From NCBI GenBank assembly GCA_964547425.1, contig CAZJNH010000002.1:1028-65027 (forward strand): a stretch of 64,000 bases of DNA. Direction: 5' to 3'. This stretch comes from an uncultured Candidatus Saccharibacteria bacterium (lineage in GTDB: Bacteria; Patescibacteriota; Saccharimonadia; UBA4664; CAZJNH01). The notes under the pieces are model-generated. The model was given only the letters and a program-made list of their open reading frames with translations. It had not been told where the DNA came from and searched no databases. Numbering within the stretch: position 1 is the first letter of the stretch; each line of letters begins with the position of its first letter. Of the stretch, positions 19,437 through 29,796 are shown one piece after another. The translations under genes were made by a program, and so were the position numbers.

Positions 19437-20735
19437 TTGACCCTAACTAAACGCAGGGCTGGTTTGAAGTTACTGAAAAAATTTAAATCGAAATCGGCCG
19501 AAGCTACTACTAAGGAATACCTGGTCGCGCTTGATATTGGCACCGAATTTGTTAAAGCGTTAGTAGGTAAAATCACCGAGCCGGACCGGGTCGAAATTAT
19601 TGGCGCCGGCCGGCAAAGGCAGCGGCTGACCGACATGCAAGGCGGAACGGTGACCGATATTGCCGGAGTCGTCGAGAATTGTGACGCAGCACTCAAGGCT
19701 GCCGAAAAAATGAGCGGCGTGGTGGCTAAGGATGTTGTAATTGGAATTGCCGGCGAATTAGTCAAAGGTACTTCAACTACTGTTCGTTACAAACGCAATA
19801 AACCCGAAAACCCGATTGAAATGGATGAACTGCGCCGCATCCTCGACCGCGTCCAGTACCGGGCGTTTGAAAAAGCCCGCGAGACTTTGCAGTGGGAGAC
19901 GGGGGACAAGGACGTCGAGGTCAAACTGGTAAACACCGCCATCGTCGACGTTAAAATCGATGGCTACCGGGTGACCAACCCAATCGGTTTCCAGGGCAAA
20001 GACGTCAGCATCCAATTGTTTTGCGCCTTTGCGCCGATGGTCCACCTTGGTGCCCTGCAATCCGTCGCCGCCAATCTGGACCTCAACCTTATCAACATCG
20101 CCGCTGAACCTTTCGCGGTCGCCAAATCGGTCGGCGAAGAAGAATCGAGCGAATTTTCGGCTATTTTCATCGACGTCGGCGGCGGCACGACCGACATAGC
20201 GCTGGTTAACAATGGCGGCGTTGAAGGCACCAAAATGTTCGCCATCGGCGGCCGCAGCTTCACCAAGCGCATCGCCCAGGTTACCGGCCAAAGCTTTGAG
20301 GCCGCCGAAAAACTCAAACTCGAATATTCGGCTGGCAAATTAACCTCGGCTAAGGCCCGCGAACAGGTGGAAGAAGCGGTCAACTCCGATATCAAAGTTT
20401 GGCTTTCCGGAGTTGAATTAAGCCTCGCCGAATTCAACAAAATCGACCACCTGCCATCAAAAGTTTTGCTCTGCGGCGGCGGCTCCGGTTTGCCTCAAAT
20501 TATGCACTCACTCAAAAACTCGAGCTGGTACAAAAACCTGCCGTTTGCCCGCAAACCGATCGTCCGCCACATCGCTCCCGCCGAAGTTACCCGGGTCATC
20601 GATAAGACCGGCCAGCTCGTGAGCTACGCCGACATTACCCCGATGGGTCTGGCTAACCTCGGTTTAGATGTTATAAATACTGGTAGCGTGACAGAATCAA
20701 TTATTTCCAAATTAGCCAAAGCGGTCTCGGCATGA
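19437..20735 (+). CDS. FtsA-like actin-fold ATPase (divergent)
   Basis: ALDIGTEFVK, IDVGGGTTD, IGGRSFT, AEKLK, LCGGGS; start uncertain (TTG 19437 or 19464). Confidence 0.85.
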   Translation: MTLTKRRAGLKLLKKFKSKSAEATTKEYLVALDIGTEFVKALVGKITEPDRVEIIGAGRQRQRLTDMQGGTVTDIAGVVENCDAALKAAEKMSGVVAKDVVIGIAGELVKGTSTTVRYKRNKPENPIEMDELRRILDRVQYRAFEKARETLQWETGDKDVEVKLVNTAIVDVKIDGYRVTNPIGFQGKDVSIQLFCAFAPMVHLGALQSVAANLDLNLINIAAEPFAVAKSVGEEESSEFSAIFIDVGGGTTDIALVNNGGVEGTKMFAIGGRSFTKRIAQVTGQSFEAAEKLKLEYSAGKLTSAKAREQVEEAVNSDIKVWLSGVELSLAEFNKIDHLPSKVLLCGGGSGLPQIMHSLKNSSWYKNLPFARKPIVRHIAPAEVTRVIDKTGQLVSYADITPMGLANLGLDVINTGSVTESIISKLAKAVSA

Positions 20736-22342
20736 ACCATACTTTGTATCTGGAAGCCGACGAAGACATTACCTCGGCGATCGACAAGCTGTCCCAAGCT
20801 GAAGGCCACGAAGTCAGGCTCGTCGTGCCCAAACGATCAGGGTTACTTTCAAGTGTCATCAATTTGAAGTTACTAAAAAAGGCCGCCCACGACGGTAAAA
20901 AGAAGTTGGTACTAGTGACCACCGATTCCGCAGTTGTAAACCTGGCCAGCCGGGTTGGTTTGGCGGTGGCTGAGAATGTAAAAGCTGACGCTGAAGTACC
21001 CAATCTCGCGGCCGAAACTCCGGTTGCCGACGCCGCCGACGTCATTGAAGAGGATGAGCCCTTCGACTCCGCTCAGGGCAAGCCCGAAGAGTTAGCGCCC
21101 GAACCGGTCATCGCCAGCCGCCCTGTACCGGATGATGGGCCAGTTGAGGACGCCGTTCCAGATGAACCAGCCAAAAAACCTAAAGGCAAAGGCCTAAAGG
21201 TGCCCGATTTTGGCAGTTTCCAGAAGCGATTACTCCTCGGCGGCGGAGTTGTCGCGGCGATTATCGCGCTCTATCTGCTGAATTTCTTCTTCAAGTCCGC
21301 GGACATTACTATTTTCGCCAAGGGCGCTCAAATTCCGAGCGAAACTAGCTTCAAGGCCGTAGAGGGCGCTGAAGCCGACCCTAAAGCCGGCGAAGTTTCT
21401 ACAACCACCCTGACCGACTCCAAAGACGCTTCGGACTCCTTTACCGCGACCGGCAAAAAAGACGTCGGCACCAAGGCCAAGGGGTCCGTCAGCATCAAAA
21501 ACTGTGACGACACCAGCGCCCATTCCTTCGCGGCTGGCTCGAAGGTGACTTCTCAAGGCAAAACCTTCGCGACCGCATCGACGGTCACTATCCCCGCGGG
21601 CTCGTTTTCCGGCGGAGGAACGATCTGTAATTCGACAACCGTATCGGTTAACGTTACCGCTACAGCAAACGGTGACAGTTATAATTTAGCCCCGGCATCC
21701 TATAGCAGTCCAAGCCTAAACTCCAACTACAAAATAAGCGGAGAACAGATGAGTGGCGGTACCTCAAAGATACTAAGCGTCGTTACCGCGACCGACGTCA
21801 GCGCCGCCAAGGCCAAGCTGGCCGCTGCCGACGACAGCATCAAAAAAGACCTGGCCCAAAAAGCTACTTCCGACCAAATCGCCGCCAAAAGCACCTTTAA
21901 CGCTTCGGTCGCCGATCTGACTCCCAACCCTGCCGTAGGGGCCGAAGGCAACACCTTTACCTTGTCGGGTACCATCAAATACACCATGCTGGCGGTCGAC
22001 AAAAAAGGCTTAGAGGAGCTAATTAATGAAGATGTGGGTGCCAAGATCGGAAAAGATAACCAAATCTATGACACCGGCGCCGCTACTGCCGACATTACCC
22101 CGACCGGTGCCAAAAATACCTACAGCGTTAAAACCACCGTCTTCGCCGGCGCCAAGCTGGACCAAACCAAAATCAAAGCCGTCATTAAAGGTAAAAAACT
22201 GGGCGCGGCCGGTGACGAAATCGAAAAACTGGCCGGCGTCGACAAGGCCGAAATCAGCTTGTCACCCTTCTGGGTGGCGACCGTCCCGCGGATCACCTCA
22301 CATATCCATATTAAGATCAAGGTCGTCCAGGCCGGCGGCTAA
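20732..22342 (+). CDS. single-TM protein with large beta-rich ectodomain (family often labelled baseplate J/gp47-like in CPR)
   Basis: YLEADEDIT N-domain, acidic linker, TM, ATGKK..G.KAKG, A...GDSYN, MSGGTS, ISLSPFW. Confidence 0.65.
   Translation: MNHTLYLEADEDITSAIDKLSQAEGHEVRLVVPKRSGLLSSVINLKLLKKAAHDGKKKLVLVTTDSAVVNLASRVGLAVAENVKADAEVPNLAAETPVADAADVIEEDEPFDSAQGKPEELAPEPVIASRPVPDDGPVEDAVPDEPAKKPKGKGLKVPDFGSFQKRLLLGGGVVAAIIALYLLNFFFKSADITIFAKGAQIPSETSFKAVEGAEADPKAGEVSTTTLTDSKDASDSFTATGKKDVGTKAKGSVSIKNCDDTSAHSFAAGSKVTSQGKTFATASTVTIPAGSFSGGGTICNSTTVSVNVTATANGDSYNLAPASYSSPSLNSNYKISGEQMSGGTSKILSVVTATDVSAAKAKLAAADDSIKKDLAQKATSDQIAAKSTFNASVADLTPNPAVGAEGNTFTLSGTIKYTMLAVDKKGLEELINEDVGAKIGKDNQIYDTGAATADITPTGAKNTYSVKTTVFAGAKLDQTKIKAVIKGKKLGAAGDEIEKLAGVDKAEISLSPFWVATVPRITSHIHIKIKVVQAGG
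21059..21082 (+). repeat. 24-bp in-frame palindromic insertion (PFDSAQGK)
   Basis: gccct-tcgactccgctc-agggc hairpin with AGCCC repeated 24 bp apart. Confidence 0.6.
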
Positions 22343-22346
22343 ATCT

Positions 22347-22730
22347 ATGAATCTACTGGGGATAGATTACGGCTACAAACGGGTAGGGCTGGCTTTCGGC
22401 AGCGACGAAACCAAAGCCGCCGAACCGCTTGAAACCCTGGTCAATGACGACGGCCTACTTACTCGTTTGCGCCAAATTATCTCTGACCGCAATGTTGGTA
22501 AGTTAGTCGTTGGTTTGCCTCGCGGCCTGGAGGGCCAACCAACCCAGCAAACCCGGGTGGTAGAGGAGTTTGTCGCCCAGGTTCTTTCCGAACTACAGAT
22601 ACCTATCGAAACCGTTGACGAGGCGGTCACTAGCGAGGTTGCCAGACAAACCGTTGGCCCGGCTGCCCCCAAAACGGCGGTTGATGCCGAAGCCGCCGCG
22701 ATCATTTTGCGGGATTATCTGAATCAGTGA
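22347..22730 (+). CDS. ruvX: Holliday junction resolvase-like RuvX/YqgF
   Basis: true start MNLLGIDYGYKRVGLA at 22347 (track ORF over-extended); VVGLP, VDE..TS, VDAEAAAIIL. Confidence 0.93.
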   Translation: MNLLGIDYGYKRVGLAFGSDETKAAEPLETLVNDDGLLTRLRQIISDRNVGKLVVGLPRGLEGQPTQQTRVVEEFVAQVLSELQIPIETVDEAVTSEVARQTVGPAAPKTAVDAEAAAIILRDYLNQ

Positions 22731-23722
22731 AGTTCACCAAGCGACATATTCTCATAGTGTCAGCCGCGGCGGCCGGCTTACTATTGCTCAGCGGTATCAC
22801 CTGGTACGAAGTCAGCCTGCGCCCGCCAAACGCCAGCGACCATTCGGCGGTCAGCTTTGAGTTGCCTAAAGGTGAAAAAAGCACTGAGACCGCCAGCCGC
22901 CTGGAAAAGGCCCAGTTAATTCGGGACGAACACGCCTTTTTAATCTTTATCATCATCCACGGCATTCGCGCCAAACTGCAGGCCGGCAGTTACTCGCTGT
23001 CGCCATCACATTCGGCCAGCGATGTCGCCGCGATCTTGAGCCAGGGCAAAATCTCGACCAATCTGCTGATAATTCCGGAGGGCAAAAACCTTAGCCAAAT
23101 CATTAAACTGGCCGAAGCCAAAGGCATACAATCGGCCGACATGAAAGCGGCACTAGCAAAGCAGTACGGTTACAGTTTCCTTAAGGGCGCTCCAGGTTTA
23201 GAGGGGTATCTCTTCCCCGATAGTTATCAAGTCAACAAAAAGACAACGGCTAGCGATTTAGTAAACGACATGCTCGCCAACTTTGCCCAAAAAGTGCCGG
23301 CAAAGTTCACCCCGCTATTCAAACGCCAGGGTTTGAGTCTGCATGATGGGTTAATTCTGGCCTCGATGATCGAGAAGGAGGTTAATACCGCCGCCGATCG
23401 GCCCAAAGTCGCCCAAGTTTTCCTGCGCCGGCTCAGGATTGGGATGGCGCTGGAGTCCGACACCACCGTAGAGTACGCGGCTGCCCAACTGGGCTTAGCT
23501 TTCAGTATCGACCTGGACTCGCCTTACAACACCTACAGCCACACCGGATTGCCGCCCGGGCCAATTTCAAATCCTGGACTATCCGCTCTTCAGGCAGTCG
23601 CCAATCCGGCTAAAACCAACTACCTATACTTCGTTACCGGGCGCGACGGCAAGACTCGTTTCGCTGTGACTTTTTCCCAGCACCAAGCCAATATTGCTCG
23701 GTACGGCTTGATCAGCCGATAA
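22727..23722 (+). CDS. mltG: endolytic transglycosylase MltG
   Basis: IPEG, LEGYLFPDSY, LASMIEKE, LESDTTV, SPYNTY..GLPPGPISNPG, YLYFV. Confidence 0.94.
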   Translation: MKFTKRHILIVSAAAAGLLLLSGITWYEVSLRPPNASDHSAVSFELPKGEKSTETASRLEKAQLIRDEHAFLIFIIIHGIRAKLQAGSYSLSPSHSASDVAAILSQGKISTNLLIIPEGKNLSQIIKLAEAKGIQSADMKAALAKQYGYSFLKGAPGLEGYLFPDSYQVNKKTTASDLVNDMLANFAQKVPAKFTPLFKRQGLSLHDGLILASMIEKEVNTAADRPKVAQVFLRRLRIGMALESDTTVEYAAAQLGLAFSIDLDSPYNTYSHTGLPPGPISNPGLSALQAVANPAKTNYLYFVTGRDGKTRFAVTFSQHQANIARYGLISR

Positions 23723-23727
23723 GGGAA

Positions 23728-23756
23728 TTGACACTACTGACACCGATTGCTAAACT
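23728..23756 (+). promoter_or_regulatory. sigma70-type promoter of LysM/CHAP gene
   Basis: TTGACA-17 bp-TAAACT with TG extension. Confidence 0.65.
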
Positions 23757-23768
23757 TACCTTCGTATA

Positions 23769-24980
23769 TTGATAAGCGTTAGCGCAATGCTAACCGTGAA
23801 GTGGAGTATCTTTATTAGTAGAGAAGCTCTAGGCGGCTCGCTCGAGTCTTTTCCGCCAGCCAACTGGCAGCTAGGAGCCGAGACCGCTCAGCCCTTTTCG
23901 AAAATAAAATTGCCCAGACCGCCAAAAATAGCCCATTTCGCTTCTTCACGAAGCCGGGGCCGCGGTCTTAGCCTAGTCAAAATCGCCAAAGCTGTCGTCG
24001 CCCGTCCACGGGTGTTGGTTCACTTTGCTGTGGCTCTAGGCTTAGTAGGCATCGTCGCCGGCTCCAGTCTTAACCAGCTGGGGGTCGCTTCGCTTCAGGC
24101 ACGCACCGGCGGTTACGGTTCGGCGCTTGATCAAATCTCAACCACCACCTTAGCCGCTGAAATCGCCCAAAAAGCTAACTTCATGGCGGCTACCGATGCG
24201 GTCAAACAAGCCGACACGCTTAGCTCCCAAGTAGCTTTACCTACCGCCAGCGATACCGTTCTGGCCAAGCGAGAAGTGGTAGAAACCGCTGGCAGTGAAC
24301 GCCGTACCATCCGCAATTATTCAGCCGCCCCCGGCGACACCGTCTCCGGCATCGCGGCCAAGTTTGGCGTTACAACCGACACCATTAAGTGGGCCAACCA
24401 CCTAAGCGACGTCGACACTCTTGCCCCAGGTACCGAGTTAACGATCCTGCCGATTACCGGGTTGCTTTACCGCGTCCAGTCCGGTGACACCGCCTCTAGC
24501 ATCGCCGACAAGTTCCAGGCCAACGCCGCGCAGATTATTAGCTTCAACAACGCCGAAATCAAAGGCTTGCAGGTTGGGCAACGGATTGTTGTTCCCGACG
24601 GAGTCCAGGCTGACGCTGCTCCGGCTCCGGCTTCGACCTACTCCAACTCGCCAGCCCCAGCCCTAACCGCCTACTACGGCGCCGGCAATGGTTATGACTT
24701 CGGTTACTGCACTTGGTACGTGGCCAGCCGCCGGTCGGTCCCCTCAAACTGGGGCAACGCCGCCAACTGGTATTACAACGCTCAATTCAGTGGCTTTAAA
24801 GTCGGTGACACCCCGCGCGCCGGTGCCATCGCCTGGACGGGAGCCGGTTACGCCGGACACGTCGCCTACGTCGAATCCGTTCATGGCGGTATGGTGACCG
24901 TTTCGGAAATGAACTATGGCGGTTGGGACCAAGTCACCTACCGCACCGTCCCTTCATCCTACTTCCGCTACATCTACTAG
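23769..24980 (+). CDS. LysM x2 + CHAP peptidoglycan hydrolase; likely start at in-frame ATT 23814
   Basis: GDT.S.IA.KFGV LysM repeats; GYCTWYV, WGNA..W, GHVAYVE, VSEMN CHAP motifs. Confidence 0.9.
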   Translation: MISVSAMLTVKWSIFISREALGGSLESFPPANWQLGAETAQPFSKIKLPRPPKIAHFASSRSRGRGLSLVKIAKAVVARPRVLVHFAVALGLVGIVAGSSLNQLGVASLQARTGGYGSALDQISTTTLAAEIAQKANFMAATDAVKQADTLSSQVALPTASDTVLAKREVVETAGSERRTIRNYSAAPGDTVSGIAAKFGVTTDTIKWANHLSDVDTLAPGTELTILPITGLLYRVQSGDTASSIADKFQANAAQIISFNNAEIKGLQVGQRIVVPDGVQADAAPAPASTYSNSPAPALTAYYGAGNGYDFGYCTWYVASRRSVPSNWGNAANWYYNAQFSGFKVGDTPRAGAIAWTGAGYAGHVAYVESVHGGMVTVSEMNYGGWDQVTYRTVPSSYFRYIY

Positions 24981-24985
24981 TTTTG

Positions 24986-25109
24986 AAAAAAGGTCTGACT
25001 CTTTTTAACTGAAAGGGTTCGACCCTAAACAAACTATGTAACTAACGTTTAGATGAAGAAGGGTCGAACCCTAGTCAAGCCATGGGTTGTGCAGGGTCAG
25101 ACCTTTTTT
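24986..25109. repeat. nested inverted repeats (REPIN-like)
   Basis: outer aaaaaaggtctgac/gtcagacctttttt; inner agggttcgaccct/agggtcgaaccct. Confidence 0.75.
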
Positions 25110-25131
25110 AGCTTGCAACAGGTATAATTAG

Positions 25132-26388
<1,257 letters not shown>

Positions 26389-26403
26389 TCTAGGCTTGGT
26401 TAT

Positions 26404-26479
26404 GGGGCATTAGCTCAGTTGGTAGAGCGCTACATTCGCATTGTAGAGGCCGCCGGTTCGAATCCGGCATGCTCCACCA
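26404..26479 (+). tRNA. tRNA-Ala(CGC)
   Basis: GGGGCAT acceptor with G3:U70, anticodon arm ctaca-tt CGC at-tgtag, GGTTCGAATCC, CCA end; 76 nt. Confidence 0.95.
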
Positions 26480-26488
26480 GGACTTATT

Positions 26489-27193
26489 TTAGCTTTTGGT
26501 AAACGTAACTTTGTCGACATTAACCGCCGCACCTTTTTCTACACCGAAGCGGTATTCAACTCCATGCTCGGTGGAAGCCATATTGGTGTTGGAGACGGTC
26601 CTTGGGGTTTGGCTCGGTAAGCATGTTGTCCTCCACTGCCCAGTTCGAATCACAAACCTGATTGTGGCGTGGGTGTATGAACCCATTGCGGCGCCATTAC
26701 CGCTGATTGGGCACACCAAGGTTGCGCCAATAACATAACCGCAGCCAGGCGTACCGCACGCGCTAACGTTGGCGTGAAACGTGGTTTGACCCAGAGATCG
26801 GTAATAAAACGATACTGTGTAGTAGTTGTAGCCGGCGTTACGGTCATTTGTTACGTTCCAGGTCGTATAAGGTCCATACCAGTTAAGGCCAGAGCCTAAT
26901 GGGAAAGCCTGCCAAGCTTTGTTATCACCTTTACAGGTGAACTTCCCGGAGGGGTGGTTAATCGCAGGTGTCGCATAGTCGTTGACCGTAGCGCCTTTAG
27001 TAACTCTAACCCCACCCGTATTGCAACTTCCAGTGCTACCACTTTGCTCGTAGACATAGCCAGCTGGCGCCACCGACGCGTGGGCGAAAAGGAGGCGATA
27101 GCCTAAATAAATAGCGCCGATCGCAAGTATGGCGATGACGGCTGATTCGAAGCGTTTTTGTTTTTTGAGTAGGGCTTTTTTTGTTTTTGGCAT
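26489..27193 (-). CDS. secreted beta-rich hypothetical protein
   Basis: Lys-rich signal ending AHA; WYGPY motif, several Cys. Confidence 0.65.
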   Translation of the reverse strand: MPKTKKALLKKQKRFESAVIAILAIGAIYLGYRLLFAHASVAPAGYVYEQSGSTGSCNTGGVRVTKGATVNDYATPAINHPSGKFTCKGDNKAWQAFPLGSGLNWYGPYTTWNVTNDRNAGYNYYTVSFYYRSLGQTTFHANVSACGTPGCGYVIGATLVCPISGNGAAMGSYTHATIRFVIRTGQWRTTCLPSQTPRTVSNTNMASTEHGVEYRFGVEKGAAVNVDKVTFTKS

Positions 27194-27251
27194 GTTCCTA
27201 AAATAATTACCTGATGATGCTAAGATATACTATAGTAAAAGCATAAGCAAT

Positions 27252-27701
27252 ATGGCTAAAACGTTTCTGCGCATTCGCAAAAAATATAATCAGGCCACGT
27301 TTTATCTAACGGCCGCGGCCGCTATGGCGGTTGGCACCTACTTGTTGCTCCACGCTCTGGCTTCCGCGCCGGTTATGGCCCATTTTGTTCCTCCGGACCA
27401 CGGCACCGCTTTTAATAAAGGTGAGTTTGTCGTGTTTGGGGTCACCGACCACACCCAGCAGGGCATTACCTTTACCGACAACGCGCCATGGGAGGTGGTC
27501 GACGAGCATAACAATCAGGTCTTTAAACCCGTCGCGGTCAAGGATTTCAGCGCGTTGTCTGTCCAAGAGAATCGGTACTGGAGCTGGGATCAAGACGACC
27601 AAGGTGGCCATCAGGTTTCGTCCGGTAAATACACCATCATTATCAATTACCAAGTTGACCACAAGGCCGCCGAGGCCAAGCTAGATCTCACAATCAGATA
27701 A
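27252..27701 (+). CDS. secreted Ig-like hypothetical protein (FlgD/BsuPI-like C-terminus)
   Basis: signal ending ALA; WDQ.D..G.QV.SGKYTI motif. Confidence 0.65.
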   Translation: MAKTFLRIRKKYNQATFYLTAAAAMAVGTYLLLHALASAPVMAHFVPPDHGTAFNKGEFVVFGVTDHTQQGITFTDNAPWEVVDEHNNQVFKPVAVKDFSALSVQENRYWSWDQDDQGGHQVSSGKYTIIINYQVDHKAAEAKLDLTIR

Positions 27702-27709
27702 ATAAATCC

Positions 27710-27766
27710 TGGTGGAGATAAGGAGGCTCGAACTCCTGACCTGTCGCCTGCGGCGACCGCTCTACC
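27710..27766 (-). pseudogene. 3' half of split tRNA-Ala-like gene
   Basis: minus strand GGTAGAGCG-GTCGCCGCAGGCGAC-AGGTC-AGGAGTTCGAGCCTCCT-TATCTCC-ACCA. Confidence 0.8.
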
Positions 27767-27782
27767 TTCTAGGAATTAGTCC

Positions 27783-28094
<312 letters not shown>

Positions 28095-28099
28095 GACTT

Positions 28100-28146
28100 T
28101 GACCTGTCGCCGATGGCGACCGCTCTACCAACTGAGCTATATCCCC
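28100..28146 (-). pseudogene. 5' half of split tRNA-Ala-like gene
   Basis: minus strand GGGGATA-TA-GCTCAGTTGGTAGAGC-G-GTCGCCATCGGCGAC-AGGTCA; GGGGATA pairs with TATCTCC of 27710 fragment. Confidence 0.8.
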
Positions 28147-28183
28147 TTGAACCAAAAGATATTAGCATTTTGGCATCGAATAG

Positions 28184-28211
28184 AAAAGGCTCCCGCGGTG
28201 AGGCGGGAGCC
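28184..28211 (-). terminator. intrinsic terminator
   Basis: ggctcccgc..gcgggagcc hairpin with T-run on minus strand. Confidence 0.65.
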
Positions 28212-28245
28212 TGGAAGATTTCCCCGAAGGGCCGTTCTTCAACGG

Positions 28246-28473
28246 TTACTTCAGCGGTGAAGCGGTCGGAGGGGCATGAACATGACCGCAGCACTGCTTG
28301 GTGTCTGGAGTTGCGACCGGAAGGCCACCTCGCTGGTTGGGCCGGACCGGTTGTCCGCAACATTGCTTGGGGTAGGCGGGCGGGTGTGTGGAACTGTGGC
28401 TCATCGTGACCGCCCAAAAGACTCCAAGCCCAACGATCGCCACGCCGACTACCACTACCATCCATCGACGCAT
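28246..28473 (-). CDS. small exported peptide with duplicated KQCCG motif
   Basis: SD GGAGG before ATG, N-terminal TM/signal, KQCCG twice, downstream terminator. Confidence 0.6.
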   Translation of the reverse strand: MRRWMVVVVGVAIVGLGVFWAVTMSHSSTHPPAYPKQCCGQPVRPNQRGGLPVATPDTKQCCGHVHAPPTASPLK

Positions 28474-28581
28474 AGCTTTACCTCCATTCCAGAGTTTAAA
28501 GCCGCTACATTATAACAAAAAGATTACTCTTTGTCAATAGTAACCTTGTCAGAGCATTAGTATTATGATATAAAGTCCCCA

Positions 28582-29772
28582 ATGCCTTCAAAAGCTCTGA
28601 AAAATAAGGTTAAACTTGATCGGCTGACCGCTATTGTTGCGGCCGTTTTGGCGGTTGCTGCCGGCTATATTGCGTTAAGGATATTTGCGGCTGGCCCTCC
28701 ATCCCTGTCTTCAGCATGCGTAAAAAGCAGCAGAGTCCTTCGCCAGAAGCGGGTTAGCCCAACGACACTGGCTGCTTCTAATTCCGCGACTGCAGCGACA
28801 GCAATCACCCTGGGCGATTCGGACGGAAGCCAGTTTGAACAACATCGACCTCCGCGAAGCTGGAAGCCGCTTATGGCAACCGATGCGGAACTGGCCTATT
28901 ACGGTTTTCCAAAGCGTCCAACCGACCCTAAAGGCTTGGCTGACTGGAACAAAACCTACAAGAATTTTTCGGGCTTTGAGCCAGTCGGCGACTGTGTCAC
29001 CAATACGCGGTTCGGCCAGATCGAAAACGACAATAACCCTACTTGGGCTGGCTGGGTGGCGACCGGTCACAGTAATTTCACTAGCTCACAAACTAGAGTA
29101 ACCGTCCCGCGGGACATTGCCGCTTGTCCTCACCCCAGCGCATTAGGAATCTGGACCGGCATAGGTGGACAGTATCCAAACAACGGCAAGTTTTACCCGA
29201 ATTCCGGCTTATTTCAAAACGGTATCGACGACAACGGTACCGGCTCCCTCAATAATTGGACATGGTTTTGGGAGATCCTGCCCGATAAGGGACACGTCGT
29301 TTCCGGTAGCTCAACTCCGGGGCAATCCATAATTTTCTCGACTAAGTATAATCCTAGTTATAAGTCCAGCGGTGAGGTCACCTTCTTTTGGTACAACAGT
29401 TCGACTGGCAAATCCAATAACGTTGTCCACGTATCCGGCAATATCGGCACGACACAATATCCAAGCTACGTCCCGGTTAATCAGCTTTACGATGGCCGAA
29501 CCGCGGAAGCGATTGTTGAGCGGCCTCCGACAAAGCTTAACCCGGATGGCAGTTTTGCGGCGGTCGCGGATTTACGCAAATGGAGTACTGGCCCAATGGC
29601 CGTTAGCGCCGTTGGTGCAGGCTACGGGGGAGGCTCCATCGCGCCGGTCGGAAACTACCCATATATCAGGTCTGTCATGACAACCCTCAAAACCAACAAG
29701 GTCATCGCCTCTACGCATTACTTGAGCACCAGTAGTTTCCAGCTCAATCACAGCTCAATCTGCGGCGAATAA
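28582..29772 (+). CDS. secreted G1-family (eqolisin-type) glutamic peptidase
   Basis: propeptide PL.ATDAELAYYGFP.RP; N..WAGW, WTGIGG, LFQNG, WFWE, TAEAIVERP. Confidence 0.75.
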   Translation: MPSKALKNKVKLDRLTAIVAAVLAVAAGYIALRIFAAGPPSLSSACVKSSRVLRQKRVSPTTLAASNSATAATAITLGDSDGSQFEQHRPPRSWKPLMATDAELAYYGFPKRPTDPKGLADWNKTYKNFSGFEPVGDCVTNTRFGQIENDNNPTWAGWVATGHSNFTSSQTRVTVPRDIAACPHPSALGIWTGIGGQYPNNGKFYPNSGLFQNGIDDNGTGSLNNWTWFWEILPDKGHVVSGSSTPGQSIIFSTKYNPSYKSSGEVTFFWYNSSTGKSNNVVHVSGNIGTTQYPSYVPVNQLYDGRTAEAIVERPPTKLNPDGSFAAVADLRKWSTGPMAVSAVGAGYGGGSIAPVGNYPYIRSVMTTLKTNKVIASTHYLSTSSFQLNHSSICGE

Positions 29773-29796
29773 CCCCAATCCTGATAAAATAAACTT

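Noticed and set aside
20732-22342. Prophage or contractile injection system suggested by baseplate-like protein
   Set aside because: No sheath, tube, terminase or integrase genes; embedded in a housekeeping operon
22026-22346. N-terminal extension of the 234-aa ORF upstream of ruvX
   Set aside because: Overlaps 20732..22342 in another frame; RuvX homology starts at ATG 22347
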